Assembly (NCBI GenBank): GCA_965223265.1 | Contig: OZ244999.1 | Span: 4,032,001 to 4,096,000, forward strand | From: Planctomycetota bacterium | GTDB taxonomy: Bacteria > Planctomycetota > UBA8108 > SXIK01 | Direction of reading: 5' to 3' | Length of the DNA stretch: 64,000 nucleotides | Shown: positions 28,059 through 37,957 of the stretch, piece after piece | Numbering within the stretch: the first letter of the stretch is position 1 | Layout: every line of letters starts with the position of its first letter | Program-made: the position numbers and the translations under genes | The notes under the pieces: model-generated | The model's input: the letters and a program-made list of their open reading frames with translations, nothing else | Told to the model about the DNA's origin: nothing | Databases searched by the model: none

Positions 28059-28895
28059 TCAAAACTGCATCTGAAGGAGATCCCCGATCTGCTGCTTCAA
28101 GCGATCGAAACGCGTCTCGTCGAGATGAGGATGAGCTACGGCGTGCACGCGCTCTGGATCCTTGCGTTCGGCAAGAAGCAAAGTTTCCTTGCCATCGCGG
28201 TTCACCGTGCTCTGAATCGTTAAGTATTTCTTACGGATCAAGAGAAGAGCGAGAAAAAACTTGAGCTCCATGGCCTCCGTGGCATCGATGCGCGCGAGAT
28301 CTTGTGCTGCGGTCGCCTCGGATTGTCCCTCTTCAACGACCGCGTCGCCATCGCCGCCGGACTCGTTCGTCGCGGCGCCCGCGTCGCCGGCAGCGGCCGA
28401 TGTTGGGGAGGCAGGAACGCCTGCATCATCCGACGGTTCGACGCTCGCCCGCGACCCCGAAGCCGCGCCTTCGACGGGAGGGTCAACGCTGCCGTCTGAA
28501 GCCGAGCCGCGAGCGTCCGCACGGTTCTCATCCCGCACCACGTCGTCCGTGGAAAGATCTAGAGCCTCACCATCCGAACTCGCAGCGTCTTCACGCTCAG
28601 CGAGACGACGAAAGATTTGGAGAATCAATTCGGGATCGAATCGCAGTCTGCGCGGCGCGGCCTGGGGTTGAGGACGCCGGCTACGCCAAAACGCGAACAA
28701 CTTCGCAGCTTCATCGCTGCCGCCCGAAACGCTTGGCCAACATTTGACGCAGTAGTTTTCCCGCCGAAACAGCTCCTCGGATTCGAGAACTGCGGAGTAA
28801 AAGGCGGTCTCCGGCTGAATCTCTCCTTCACATTTGAGGCAGCGATAGTCGGATGCTTCGATGGAGTACTTCGGTTCGTTGAACGCCGTAGCCAT
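28059..28895 (-). CDS. conserved hypothetical with CxxC...CxxCW putative Zn site
   Basis: AGAGGA SD; CLKC, FYSAV, RENYCVKCW, AFWR, LALLLIRKK; acidic low-complexity insert. Confidence 0.75.
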   Translation of the reverse strand: MATAFNEPKYSIEASDYRCLKCEGEIQPETAFYSAVLESEELFRRENYCVKCWPSVSGGSDEAAKLFAFWRSRRPQPQAAPRRLRFDPELILQIFRRLAEREDAASSDGEALDLSTDDVVRDENRADARGSASDGSVDPPVEGAASGSRASVEPSDDAGVPASPTSAAAGDAGAATNESGGDGDAVVEEGQSEATAAQDLARIDATEAMELKFFLALLLIRKKYLTIQSTVNRDGKETLLLAERKDPERVHAVAHPHLDETRFDRLKQQIGDLLQMQF

Positions 28896-29069
28896 AGATT
28901 CCTCTGTCAGCAAGGCTCGCCGGCACATACGCCGCGATGCTCGCCGCTCTTCCTTCTCTCCTTCGCACTATCGTACGTGTCTTTGCGCGGCCGTTCGTGG
29001 TTCGCCCGCCCGCGCGTACAAGGTTCGATCTGCGCGTCAACTCGCACTCCGACTGGGTCGGAAGAGGAG

Positions 29070-29098
29070 AGTTTAGAGTGGCGCCCGCCTGAACGCAA
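29070..29098 (-). promoter_or_regulatory. putative sigma70 promoter for the hypothetical/RND cluster
   Basis: Minus strand TTGCGT-N17-TAAACT. Confidence 0.5.
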
Positions 29099-29397
29099 TC
29101 CTCGGGAAAAGCGTCTGGCAGCCGAAATCCGAATCTTCACCCCGAATCGAGCGAGGCAGAGCAGGCAATCTCCGACATTTTCGTTTCGACACAGTCGCGC
29201 ACGGCAGGACCAAGCGCTGCGCACCCTGGCTGCTCAGTCCGACCTCGCAGTCTGGCCGCGTAGTTCGACCCGCTGGCGACAGTGCCGCCCTTGTCAGTCG
29301 ACGGGGTCTCGGCTACTGTTCCCTGCAATGAGAGTGACGCGTCAAGAGGCGCAAGTCGCCCATTTCGAGTCATGGTTGGCGCCGCAGGGTCACCATC

Positions 29398-30174
29398 ATG
29401 GAAAAACCAGGAAGACTTGAAAAACTAACACCTGAGATCAAAGATCGCCTGCAGCGCAACTTGGAAGCTTGCCGCCAAGAGATTGCAGCGGCTGCGGTCG
29501 ACGCGGCGCGCGCGCCAGAGGAGGTGACACTGCTTCCGGTGACGAAGTACGCCCCACCGATCGTTCTCCGTCACCTCCATGCGCTCGGGCTTCGGCGCTT
29601 CGGTGAGAACCGGGTCCAGCGACTTGTCACGGTTGCGCGCGAGCTCGCCGACCTGCCAGAGATTCAGTGGGACTTCATCGGACACCTCCAGCGCAACAAG
29701 GTGCGCAAAGCGATCGAACTCTGCGCTTTCATTCAATCCGTAGACTCGCTGCGCGTCGCACAAGAAATTGCTCGGTACGTGCAGGCGTCGGGTTCGGCGC
29801 CCCCTTCCCTCTTTGTTGAAGTCAATCTTTCCAAAGAGAAGAACAAGACGGGACTCCGTGAACAGGAAGTCGACGACGTCGTCAAGTTTCTTTTCGATTC
29901 GAGCGTCTTAAAGGATCGTAACGGTGAGACGGCCTTGAGTGGACTCATGACGATGGCGCCTGCAACGGACGATCAAGACGTCGTCCGCGACTGCTTTCGC
30001 CGGTTGCGTGACCTGCGCGACGAGTACATTCAGCGCGGCCTTCTGCCGGTACAGGCCGAACTTTCCATGGGTATGAGTGTAGACTTCGCGGCGGCCATCG
30101 CTGAAGGTGCAACTGTCGTCCGCATCGGCCGCCGACTTTTCGAAGGCGTTCTGTTTGACGATGCCGACGGGTAA
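29398..30174 (+). CDS. yggS: PLP homeostasis protein (YggS/PLPBP)
   Basis: PVTKY, FGENRVQ, FIGHLQRNK, SVDS, GLMTMA, LSMGMS, VRIG. Confidence 0.95.
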   Translation: MEKPGRLEKLTPEIKDRLQRNLEACRQEIAAAAVDAARAPEEVTLLPVTKYAPPIVLRHLHALGLRRFGENRVQRLVTVARELADLPEIQWDFIGHLQRNKVRKAIELCAFIQSVDSLRVAQEIARYVQASGSAPPSLFVEVNLSKEKNKTGLREQEVDDVVKFLFDSSVLKDRNGETALSGLMTMAPATDDQDVVRDCFRRLRDLRDEYIQRGLLPVQAELSMGMSVDFAAAIAEGATVVRIGRRLFEGVLFDDADG

Positions 30175-30252
30175 CGACACCCGCGGCGCCAACGGAGCAC
30201 CGCGCGGCGGTCAGCTGGAGGTCTTGGCGCACACTTAGCGTTAGGAGCCTAC

Positions 30253-31521
30253 ATGGCCCACATTCGCATCCTGAACGGTTGCCAAGAGAACCAACTCGTC
30301 CCTCTCGGGCCCCCAGGACCCTATCTCTTTGGTCGCGCACTCGAGAACGACTTTCGCCTCCTCGAGCGTCATGTCTCACGACGCCACTTTTCCATCAGCG
30401 TACGTGACGACGGCCACTTCGTCCGCGACCTTAGCAGCTCCACTGGGACGTTCGTCAACGGACAGCGAAACGTCCACGACACCCGACTTCGAGACGGCGA
30501 CAACCTCCAGGCCGGAGGCTGCAAACTCCGCTACGAGGCGTCGCGCGACACGTTGGTCGGACGCAGGCTTGGGGGATACGAGGTTCTCGAGCGCATCGGG
30601 CAAGGGGCCACCGGTACGGTGTATCGTGCTCACCAGCGCAGCCTTGATCGAACCGTAGCTCTCAAAATACTTCGCCCTCATCTTGCAACAAGTCCAGCCG
30701 TTCGGGCGTCGTTTTTACGCGAGGCTCGAGCGGCGGCTGGCCTGTCTCATCCGCACATCGTCAGAGTCTACGATGTCGATTTCGTCAGCGGCTTTCTGTT
30801 CTATTCGATGGAATTCATGGCTCAAGGTAGTGTCGAGGATCTCATCTTTCGCCGCGTCCGACTCGACATGGCAGTGGCTCTGCATCTTTGTGCACAGGCC
30901 GCCGCTGGACTGGAGTACGCCGAGGAAATCGGAGTGATTCACCGTGACATCAAACCGGCGAACCTTCTTCTAGGGGAAGACCACAGCCTGAAGATTGGTG
31001 ATTTGGGAATCGCTACAGCCCTGCCGAAAGCTTCGCCTGTCGGGGTCGAACCACAGCAAAAGGAGATCGTCGGCTCCCCCCAGTACATGCCACCGGAGCA
31101 GATTCTCGGCCGTTCGCTCGATTCCCGGGCAGATCTCTATTCGCTTGGGGTGACGTTCTACGAGATGCTTGTTGGCGCAGCGCCTTTTCGCGGGCGACCA
31201 CGCAAGCAGGTTCTCGCCGCTCAGGTCGAAGAAGAAGTTCCCGCGCTGCAGAAACAAAAAGGGGTCTCAGTGACGCCTGACGTCTCGGCTTTTATAGAGC
31301 GGCTTCTCGCAAAGAGTCCCGACGACCGTCCGCCGAACGCCGCGGCGGCACACAACGAACTCTCTCAGCTTCTGCAGGCCGAAGAGAAGCGACGAAATTC
31401 GCCACAGGCGACTCGCCGAGAGCGCGGCCCGGAGCTCCCGGCTTGGCTACTTGACTGCGTCGCGTTTAGCCTAGCCACACTGCTCGGCGCCTCGCTGACG
31501 CTCGCCCTTCTTCGCCTCTAA
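30253..31521 (+). CDS. FHA-domain Hanks-type Ser/Thr protein kinase with C-terminal TM
   Basis: FHA: FGR, VSRRH, DLSSSTGTFVNG; kinase: IGQGATG.V, VALK, HRDIKPAN, DLG, YMPPE, DLYSLG. Confidence 0.93.
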   Translation: MAHIRILNGCQENQLVPLGPPGPYLFGRALENDFRLLERHVSRRHFSISVRDDGHFVRDLSSSTGTFVNGQRNVHDTRLRDGDNLQAGGCKLRYEASRDTLVGRRLGGYEVLERIGQGATGTVYRAHQRSLDRTVALKILRPHLATSPAVRASFLREARAAAGLSHPHIVRVYDVDFVSGFLFYSMEFMAQGSVEDLIFRRVRLDMAVALHLCAQAAAGLEYAEEIGVIHRDIKPANLLLGEDHSLKIGDLGIATALPKASPVGVEPQQKEIVGSPQYMPPEQILGRSLDSRADLYSLGVTFYEMLVGAAPFRGRPRKQVLAAQVEEEVPALQKQKGVSVTPDVSAFIERLLAKSPDDRPPNAAAAHNELSQLLQAEEKRRNSPQATRRERGPELPAWLLDCVAFSLATLLGASLTLALLRL

Positions 31522-31560
31522 CCGCCTGTTAAGGCGGTGCTTCGCGCCGAAATCTGGGGG
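31522..31560 (-). repeat. family-1 end remnant at the kinase stop codon
   Basis: CTAA-CCGCCTGTTAAGGCGGTGCTTCGCGCCGAAATCTGG resembles CTAA-CAGCCTGTTGAAAAAGTGCTTCGAGCCGAAAACTGG. Confidence 0.5.
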
Positions 31561-31730
31561 CGACGGACACAACGACGATCGACTGCGACACTTCTTTCTC
31601 GTCACACCGACGGCCAGGCTTCGAGGCGGCACCGCCAGGAAAAAACGATAGAATCACGCCTCACGAACGTGTTGAAACGCGGCGCGAAGGACGTTCCCGA
31701 TTGAGTGCGAAGAACCGCCGGGAAGTTGAA

Positions 31731-32078
31731 ATGCACGCAGACGAAAACTATACTTCCTCGGTCGTCGAGGCGACGAAAGGCGGCCTTCTTCTACGGGTTT
31801 ACGCCACGCCGGGCGCATCTCGAAATCAGGTGGTGGGCATCTACAACGGCGCCCTCAAGGTTACGGTGTCGGCCGCCCCGGAAAAAGGAAAGGCAAATCA
31901 AGCGATCTGCAAGTTTTTGGCGGCGCAGCTTGGAGTCAAACGCGCTCAACTCGCGGTCCACTCTGGCGAATCCACGCGCATGAAGCGCATCCGAATCGAC
32001 GGTCTTCGCCGGCCTGAGCTCGAATCACGTCTGAGAGCCGTAACGCCGCGCCCTGGTGACGAATGCCAAAGCAAATGA
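31731..32078 (+). CDS. yggU: DUF167/YggU family protein
   Basis: V..TPGASRN, LKVTVSAAPEKGKAN, SGESTRMK. Confidence 0.9.
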   Translation: MHADENYTSSVVEATKGGLLLRVYATPGASRNQVVGIYNGALKVTVSAAPEKGKANQAICKFLAAQLGVKRAQLAVHSGESTRMKRIRIDGLRRPELESRLRAVTPRPGDECQSK

Positions 32079-32110
32079 ACTCTTCGATTCGATGTGGACA
32101 GATAGAAGAC

Positions 32111-32965
32111 ATGAGTGACACCCCAGACCTCTTCGGAAGGATCGCCGCAGCAGCTATCGCGATTCGCTCCCGATCGTCGATCAAACCGCGCTTCGGGCTA
32201 ACGCTCGGCACGGGCCTGGGCGGCCTCGCCGAACAAATCGAAGTCGAGTCGCGAATCGATTACGCAGAGATCCCATGGTTTCCAGAGCCGCGAGTAACCT
32301 CGCACTCAGGAAGCCTCCTCCTCGGCCACCTCGGTGGCAAGCCGATCGCCGCTTTGGAAGGCCGCTACCACCTCTACGAAGGCTACAACCTCGAGGAGCT
32401 GACGCTCCCGGTTCGCGTCCTCAAGGCGCTTGGCGTCGAAGTCGCGATCTTCTCGAATGCCGCAGGCGGCCTCAACCCGCAATTCGACATCGGCGACCTC
32501 GTCGTCATTACCGACCACATCAACTTGATGTTTGCCAACCCTCTTGTTGGCCCCAACGACGAGCGTCTTGGCCCACGCTTCCCCGACATGTCGGCGCCAT
32601 ATTCGGTAAGCCTCAACGCCCGCATGGAAGCTGTCGCGCAGCGGCAGGGCCTGCCGCTGCGACGCGGCGTCTACGCTGCGATGACGGGACCGTGCCTCGA
32701 AACCCGAGCGGAGTATCGTATGTTGAAGTTGATCGGTGCGGACCTCATCGGGATGTCGACCGTCCCGGAAGTGATCGTCGGGGTTCATGCCGGGCTGACG
32801 AACGTCGGAATCTCGTGCGTCACCGACCTGTGCTTACCCGATGCGCTCGAGCCGGTGAAGGTCGAAGAAATCATCCGGGTAGCCGGTGAAGCGGAACCGA
32901 AGATGACCGCCCTTGTGAAAGGCTTCATCGAATCGTTTGACGATGGAACTGTGAAAACGCCATAG
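32111..32965 (+). CDS. purine-nucleoside phosphorylase (trimeric type)
   Basis: LGTGLG, GRYHLYEG, SNAAGG, DHIN, GPRFPDM, GP.LETRAE, GMSTVPE. Confidence 0.95.
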   Translation: MSDTPDLFGRIAAAAIAIRSRSSIKPRFGLTLGTGLGGLAEQIEVESRIDYAEIPWFPEPRVTSHSGSLLLGHLGGKPIAALEGRYHLYEGYNLEELTLPVRVLKALGVEVAIFSNAAGGLNPQFDIGDLVVITDHINLMFANPLVGPNDERLGPRFPDMSAPYSVSLNARMEAVAQRQGLPLRRGVYAAMTGPCLETRAEYRMLKLIGADLIGMSTVPEVIVGVHAGLTNVGISCVTDLCLPDALEPVKVEEIIRVAGEAEPKMTALVKGFIESFDDGTVKTP

Positions 32966-33189
32966 CGAATCTTGCGACGACCTTCTCGACAGGGCCCGTA
33001 ATGTCGACGAAGATGCGCTTCCGCACGGGCCCAGGCGTGCCCCCCTGTTGCCGGACGCGCCGCGAGCCGACGTAGAATTGAAGAGGAACTCACCGTCGAC
33101 GTGCGACGAGCACCCAAAGGTGCGCCCATATTGAGTCGGCGGCAGCCTACAATCATGGAATTCGACGGCCTGGACGAAAGGAGATTGTG

Positions 33190-33843
33190 ATGGGAAGAGC
33201 GAGAAACCGAGAAGAGTTACCGGCTGAGCTGCAGCGCTGCGTCCAACGTCTCGACGACGACGACGATGACGAGTGTGAATCGAAGTCGCCCGGACGCGAG
33301 TCGCGCATCGCGCTCGACTTGCTGCGCAAGGAACGGACTGTGCTGATCAGCGAGCCCGTGTCTCCGAAGCTCACCGAACGTCTGACGTCTCAGCTCCTCT
33401 GGCTCGACTCGCAGAGCGAGGACCCGATCAAGCTCTACATCAACACGCCGGGAGGTTCCGCTGACGACGGTTTCGCGATCCACGACATGCTCGGGTTCAT
33501 CAAGGCGCCGATCTACAACATTTGCTTCGGCCTCAACGCCAGTGCGGGAATCTTGATCCTACTCGGCGTGCCCGTGGAGCGGCGACTTGCGCTGACCAAC
33601 GCGCGCCTGATGATGCACCAACCGTCCGGTGGCGGCCGCGGACAGGTCACCGATATCGAGATCACCGCCCGAGAAATCGTCAAGCTGCGAGAACGCGCCA
33701 ACGAGCTGATTGCCAGAGAAACGGGCAAAGCAGCGGAGGCGGTGGCGAACGCAACGGATCGCGACTGCTGGTTGAGCGCTGAGGAAGCACGCGAGTATGG
33801 CCTAGTTTCTCGGATTATCTCGAATCTTCGGGAAATCATGTAA
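33190..33843 (+). CDS. clpP: ATP-dependent Clp protease proteolytic subunit
   Basis: LYINTPGG, ASAG (Ser), MMHQP (His), DRD.W (Asp), A..YGLV. Confidence 0.9.
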   Translation: MGRARNREELPAELQRCVQRLDDDDDDECESKSPGRESRIALDLLRKERTVLISEPVSPKLTERLTSQLLWLDSQSEDPIKLYINTPGGSADDGFAIHDMLGFIKAPIYNICFGLNASAGILILLGVPVERRLALTNARLMMHQPSGGGRGQVTDIEITAREIVKLRERANELIARETGKAAEAVANATDRDCWLSAEEAREYGLVSRIISNLREIM

Positions 33844-33849
33844 CCTGTG

Positions 33850-34518
33850 ATGAAGTTCGTGGAAGAACGCATCTGCCGCTTGGGAATCCTTTTCTCCGGC
33901 GGCGGACGCACCCTCGAAAACCTCGCGCGCGAGTTGCCAAGGCTGTCTGAGGTGACGGGCGTGCGCGTTGAGATCGTTGCGGCGATCTCCAGCCACACGG
34001 ATGCCGGTGGCATCGAGCGAGCCCGCCGCCTCGGTATTGCATGCGAAGTCATCGACTACCGCGAAGCAGGGAGCGAGCTTTCCGCCCGCATTTTGAGGAT
34101 CCTCGACGAGCGCGGCGTCGACCTGGTGCTACTCGCCGGTTTCATCCGTCGTTTCGACTTTCCGCCGCGTTACCGCGGGAAGGTGCTCAACATCCACCCG
34201 TCTCTTTTGCCCTCATTTGGCGGCAAGGGGTTCTATGGCAAACGGGTCCACGAGGCAGTTCTCAACGCCGGTGCCCGTTTCTCCGGCTGCACCGTCCACG
34301 TGGTCACCGATGAGTACGATGAGGGGCCGGTCGTGCTACAGCGCGTGGTGCCGGTGCGCGACGATGACGACGCGGACTCACTCGCCGAGCGTGTCTTTCA
34401 GGAGGAGTGCGCCGCCTATCCCGAGGCGCTACGCCTCTTTCTAGAGGGACGCGTTGAAATCGTCGACCGTTTCGCTCGTCTCACCGCGCCACACGACAAG
34501 GCCGAACCGCTCTGTTAG
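33850..34518 (+). CDS. purN: phosphoribosylglycinamide formyltransferase
   Basis: SGGGRT, LAGF, NIHPSLLP.FGG, SGCTVH.V...YDEGP. Confidence 0.96.
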   Translation: MKFVEERICRLGILFSGGGRTLENLARELPRLSEVTGVRVEIVAAISSHTDAGGIERARRLGIACEVIDYREAGSELSARILRILDERGVDLVLLAGFIRRFDFPPRYRGKVLNIHPSLLPSFGGKGFYGKRVHEAVLNAGARFSGCTVHVVTDEYDEGPVVLQRVVPVRDDDDADSLAERVFQEECAAYPEALRLFLEGRVEIVDRFARLTAPHDKAEPLC

Positions 34519-34544
34519 TGAGTGGACGCGGGGAACACACGCGA

Positions 34545-35852
34545 CTAGTTCGCCAGCTGAGCTCCCTCTGTCTCGCCACCAGTGAGCTCGCCCCACCACT
34601 TCCTCCACGCTTCGACGGAATCGAACTCATACCCCGTCGCTTGTCGCAAAAACGAATGGGCAAGTTTCGCTTGGGCGGGCTCCAGGGTGTCCAGCTGCAG
34701 CACCAATGTCTCGACGAGCTTGCCGTTGTAGCGGTCGTCATACTCACCCGCCCACACAGCGAGTTGACCACCGACGAAAAACGACTCGGCCTTGTCGAGC
34801 AAAATCGCGACGGAAAGTTTCTCGAGTGGACGCCCGCAAAGCTTCGACTGACCCGGCGGAACAACCCAGAATTCCGTGTCTGGTAACTTGATCGCAACGT
34901 TTTCGTTGGGATCCCCAGCGGTCCAGCGAGTTGGCCGAAAACGGCCAGCGATCTTGACGCGTGCGACCACGCCGGCAAGCGGTAATGGTTCGTCCAGAGG
35001 TAACGGAATCCGGGTCTCCCAAGACTTGCCAGGTCCAAGCAAGATGGTGTCCTGGTTGCCGTCAACCTTCACCCGCAGGCGTCTCGTGGAGTGCTTCCAG
35101 CTGCCGTCGGCAAAGTGTCGTTGGATGCTGACGTCCGCTTCGCCAATGACGCCTCGTTCGAGGTGAATCAAAACACGACCGCGTTGACGGTTCACGAGAC
35201 GAAACGTCAAGTCGGGAAGTCGGCCGATTTCATACACTTGACTTGCCACTTGAAAACTGGGCTCGATCAACTCCGCGGCGACGAGCCGCTCGCGGCAGTG
35301 ACGCACGAAACGGCGCATTGCCCACGAATCAGCGTTGGTGTCATCGAGGGTGAGAATGGCCTGAGATAGCCTCAGCGCACGTCGATAGTGCCCCTCTCCC
35401 GCCAATGCTTTGGCCTCGACGAACCGCGACTTGAGGTAGTCTCTCACAGCGATCGCCACCCGAACATCCGCGGCGGTGCGCCCTTCCATTTCTGCGATGA
35501 GCTCGTCGACTAGTTCGGCCCGTCCGCGAGATGCAGCCGCCCAATATTTCAGCTCGGGAATCACCGCCGCGCCAAGCAATCTGAGCGTCTTCTCGCCGCG
35601 CCGCCGGAGCGCCTCGTTCGCTGACAGGAGCTCCTGTATCGCCGAGACGGTGCGCGGCTTTGGCTTCGTCAACAGCTCGTCGGCATCGTTCACACGGTTG
35701 GTCCGCGGATCTCCAAGCGCAGACAACGCCCGTTCGGCCCGATCCGATACCGGCGGCTCACCGTCAGTCGGTTCGTCTTGACTGTATCCAGCACTTGCGT
35801 GCAGGAACAGGCCGCTGAGTAGCATGGACAGAAGGCGCGTCGCAGGATTCAC
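34545..35852 (-). CDS. hypothetical secreted protein (helical repeats flanking a beta-rich domain)
   Basis: Signal-like N-terminus; HEAT/TPR-like segments; C-terminal 'WRKWW'; start uncertain. Confidence 0.65.
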   Translation of the reverse strand: MNPATRLLSMLLSGLFLHASAGYSQDEPTDGEPPVSDRAERALSALGDPRTNRVNDADELLTKPKPRTVSAIQELLSANEALRRRGEKTLRLLGAAVIPELKYWAAASRGRAELVDELIAEMEGRTAADVRVAIAVRDYLKSRFVEAKALAGEGHYRRALRLSQAILTLDDTNADSWAMRRFVRHCRERLVAAELIEPSFQVASQVYEIGRLPDLTFRLVNRQRGRVLIHLERGVIGEADVSIQRHFADGSWKHSTRRLRVKVDGNQDTILLGPGKSWETRIPLPLDEPLPLAGVVARVKIAGRFRPTRWTAGDPNENVAIKLPDTEFWVVPPGQSKLCGRPLEKLSVAILLDKAESFFVGGQLAVWAGEYDDRYNGKLVETLVLQLDTLEPAQAKLAHSFLRQATGYEFDSVEAWRKWWGELTGGETEGAQLAN

Positions 35853-35985
35853 GGCAGCAGATCGGAGTGGCGTAGGATGCAGGACAGATTTTCCGTTGTA
35901 GTCTGGATTATTCTACCCCAATAACGTCGACGTGGCCGAACGCAGGCGACGGAATTCCTCCTCCAACGAAGTGCGAAGAGGCGAT

Positions 35986-36029
35986 AAAAAAACCGCGGCT
36001 GCTGCGCCCTCATTGGACGCACCAGCCGC
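35986..36029 (-). terminator. intrinsic terminator downstream of rpsA
   Basis: Imperfect GC stem followed by T7 on the minus strand (A7 at 35986-35992). Confidence 0.6.
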
Positions 36030-36061
36030 AGCTCTGTGGCCGAACAGCTGTCTTCGGCAGG

Positions 36062-37939
36062 TCAACCTTCCAGCTTAGGCTCGCCCTCGTCACCCTGTGC
36101 GACGGCTTCCACGCTCGAAGCGGTCTCGGAGTCCGTTGAGTCGGGCTCCGTCCCTTCAGAGTCTCCTGTAGCAGGCTCGGCACCACCGGCGGAAGGAGTA
36201 CTGTCGCCAGCCGACGCAGTCTCCTCAGCTGCGGCGTCATCGACGGAGGCGGCCGGTTCCTCTTCCGCCCTCTCCGGCACGCCACGATCGTCTTCGTCGA
36301 CGTCCTTCAAGCTGAGCCCGATCTTTCGCTGGTCCGGATCGACCTTGATGATCTTCACGACGACCGGATCGTTCACCTTGACGATCTCCTCTGGTGTCGC
36401 GACTTTGCGGTCGGCAAGCTCGGAGATGTGCAGCAATCCTTCGAGGTCGTCCTCCAGTTTGACGAACACACCGAAGTTCGTGATCTTCGTCACTTCTCCG
36501 GACACGACCTTACCGACGCTGTAGCTGGCCGGGATCGTCGACACCCACGGGTCTTCCTCGAGCTGTTTGATGCCAAGCGCGATCCGCTTGCGGTCTTGGT
36601 CGACCTGAAGCACCATGGCGCGAAGCGACTCACCTTTCTTGACGACTTCGCTGGGATGAATCACCTTTCGCGTCCACGACATGTCAGCGACGTGCAGCAA
36701 GCCATCGATGCCGTCTTCGATTTCGACGAAAGCGCCGTAGTTCGTCAGATTCCGAACCTTGCCTTCGATGATCGTACCGATCGGGTACTTCCCCTCAACC
36801 TGGGTCCAGGGGTTGACCTCGACCTGCTTCATGCCAAGCGAGATCTCCTGCTTCTCCTTCTTGATTTCGAGTACGACGACCTCGATTTCGTCACCAACGG
36901 AGACGACTTGGCTCGGGTGGCTGATGCGTTTCGTCCACGACATCTCGGAAATATGAACGAGACCCTCGACGCCCTCCTCGAGCTGAACAAACGCTCCATA
37001 GGACAAGACGTTGACGACGGCCCCCTTGACCTTGGAGCCCACCGGGTATTTCGTTTCGATGTTCGTCCACGGACTCTCCTGCTTCTGCTTGAGCCCGAGG
37101 GAAATCCGTTCCTTCTCCTTGTCGACTTTCAAGACCTTGATTTCGATCTCTTGATCGATCTTAAGGATTTCGGACGGGTGGTTAACGCGCCCCCAACTCA
37201 TGTCGGTGATGTGAAGCAGCCCGTCGATTCCGCCGAGGTCGACAAAGGCGCCAAAATCCGTAATGTTCTTGACGATCCCCTTGCGCACCTGCCCGATCTC
37301 GATGTCTTCGAGCAAGCGATTCTTCTGTGCCTCGCGGTGCTCCTCCAGCAGCTTGCGACGCGACACGACGATGTTCATCCGTGCTTCGTCGATCTTGATG
37401 ATCTTGCACTCAAGCTCTTGCCCGATGTACTCCTGGATGTCGCCGGTTCGACGGATACCGATCTGAGAGGCAGGCAAGAAAACTGGCACGCCAATATCGA
37501 GAAGGAGTCCGCCCTTGATCTTCCGCGTTACGCGGCCGGTCACGACGTCACCTTCGTGATACGTATTGATGACGTGTTCCCAACCGCGAATTCGGTCGGC
37601 CTTGCGCTTCGACAGCGCGATCATCCCATTTTCGTCTTCGTCGACGGACTCCAGCAGTACCTCGACGTCGTCGCCGATCGATACTTGAGTCGGATCGTCG
37701 AATTCGCTGCGCGAAACAGCGCCCTCGGATTTGTACCCGATGTCGACGATGACGTCGCTACTCATGACGTTGACGACGCGACCGGTGATGATCTTGTCGG
37801 TATCGAACTCCTTGACCGAGTCGTTGTAGAGCTCGAGTACTGAATCATCCGTGCGGCCACCGAGAGCCTGCTCCAGCTCCTGGGCCACGGTTTCTTCGTC
37901 TACGTCCAAAAACTGCTTAACGATAGGATTTGTCGCCAT
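36062..37939 (-). CDS. rpsA: 30S ribosomal protein S1
   Basis: Six S1 repeats (GAFV...G..GL.H.S..SW), IGYKSEG, acidic tail. Confidence 0.98.
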   Translation of the reverse strand: MATNPIVKQFLDVDEETVAQELEQALGGRTDDSVLELYNDSVKEFDTDKIITGRVVNVMSSDVIVDIGYKSEGAVSRSEFDDPTQVSIGDDVEVLLESVDEDENGMIALSKRKADRIRGWEHVINTYHEGDVVTGRVTRKIKGGLLLDIGVPVFLPASQIGIRRTGDIQEYIGQELECKIIKIDEARMNIVVSRRKLLEEHREAQKNRLLEDIEIGQVRKGIVKNITDFGAFVDLGGIDGLLHITDMSWGRVNHPSEILKIDQEIEIKVLKVDKEKERISLGLKQKQESPWTNIETKYPVGSKVKGAVVNVLSYGAFVQLEEGVEGLVHISEMSWTKRISHPSQVVSVGDEIEVVVLEIKKEKQEISLGMKQVEVNPWTQVEGKYPIGTIIEGKVRNLTNYGAFVEIEDGIDGLLHVADMSWTRKVIHPSEVVKKGESLRAMVLQVDQDRKRIALGIKQLEEDPWVSTIPASYSVGKVVSGEVTKITNFGVFVKLEDDLEGLLHISELADRKVATPEEIVKVNDPVVVKIIKVDPDQRKIGLSLKDVDEDDRGVPERAEEEPAASVDDAAAEETASAGDSTPSAGGAEPATGDSEGTEPDSTDSETASSVEAVAQGDEGEPKLEG

Positions 37940-37957
37940 GTTCGAAACTAGTGCCTT

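Noticed and set aside
28975-29010. c-di-GMP-I riboswitch-like GGCGAACC...GCGCAAAG on the minus strand
   Set aside because: First stem too short, no GNRA loop and no second hairpin with the receptor motif
29041-29156. Long imperfect hairpin as a possible 6S/SRP RNA
   Set aside because: No SRP loop consensus or 6S-like central bubble evident; the region is better explained by the minus-strand promoter
36428-37843. Long antisense or alternate-frame ORFs (e.g. 36428-37843, 2562-3695, 47773-48945)
   Set aside because: Shadows of well-supported genes in high-GC DNA with no recognisable motifs
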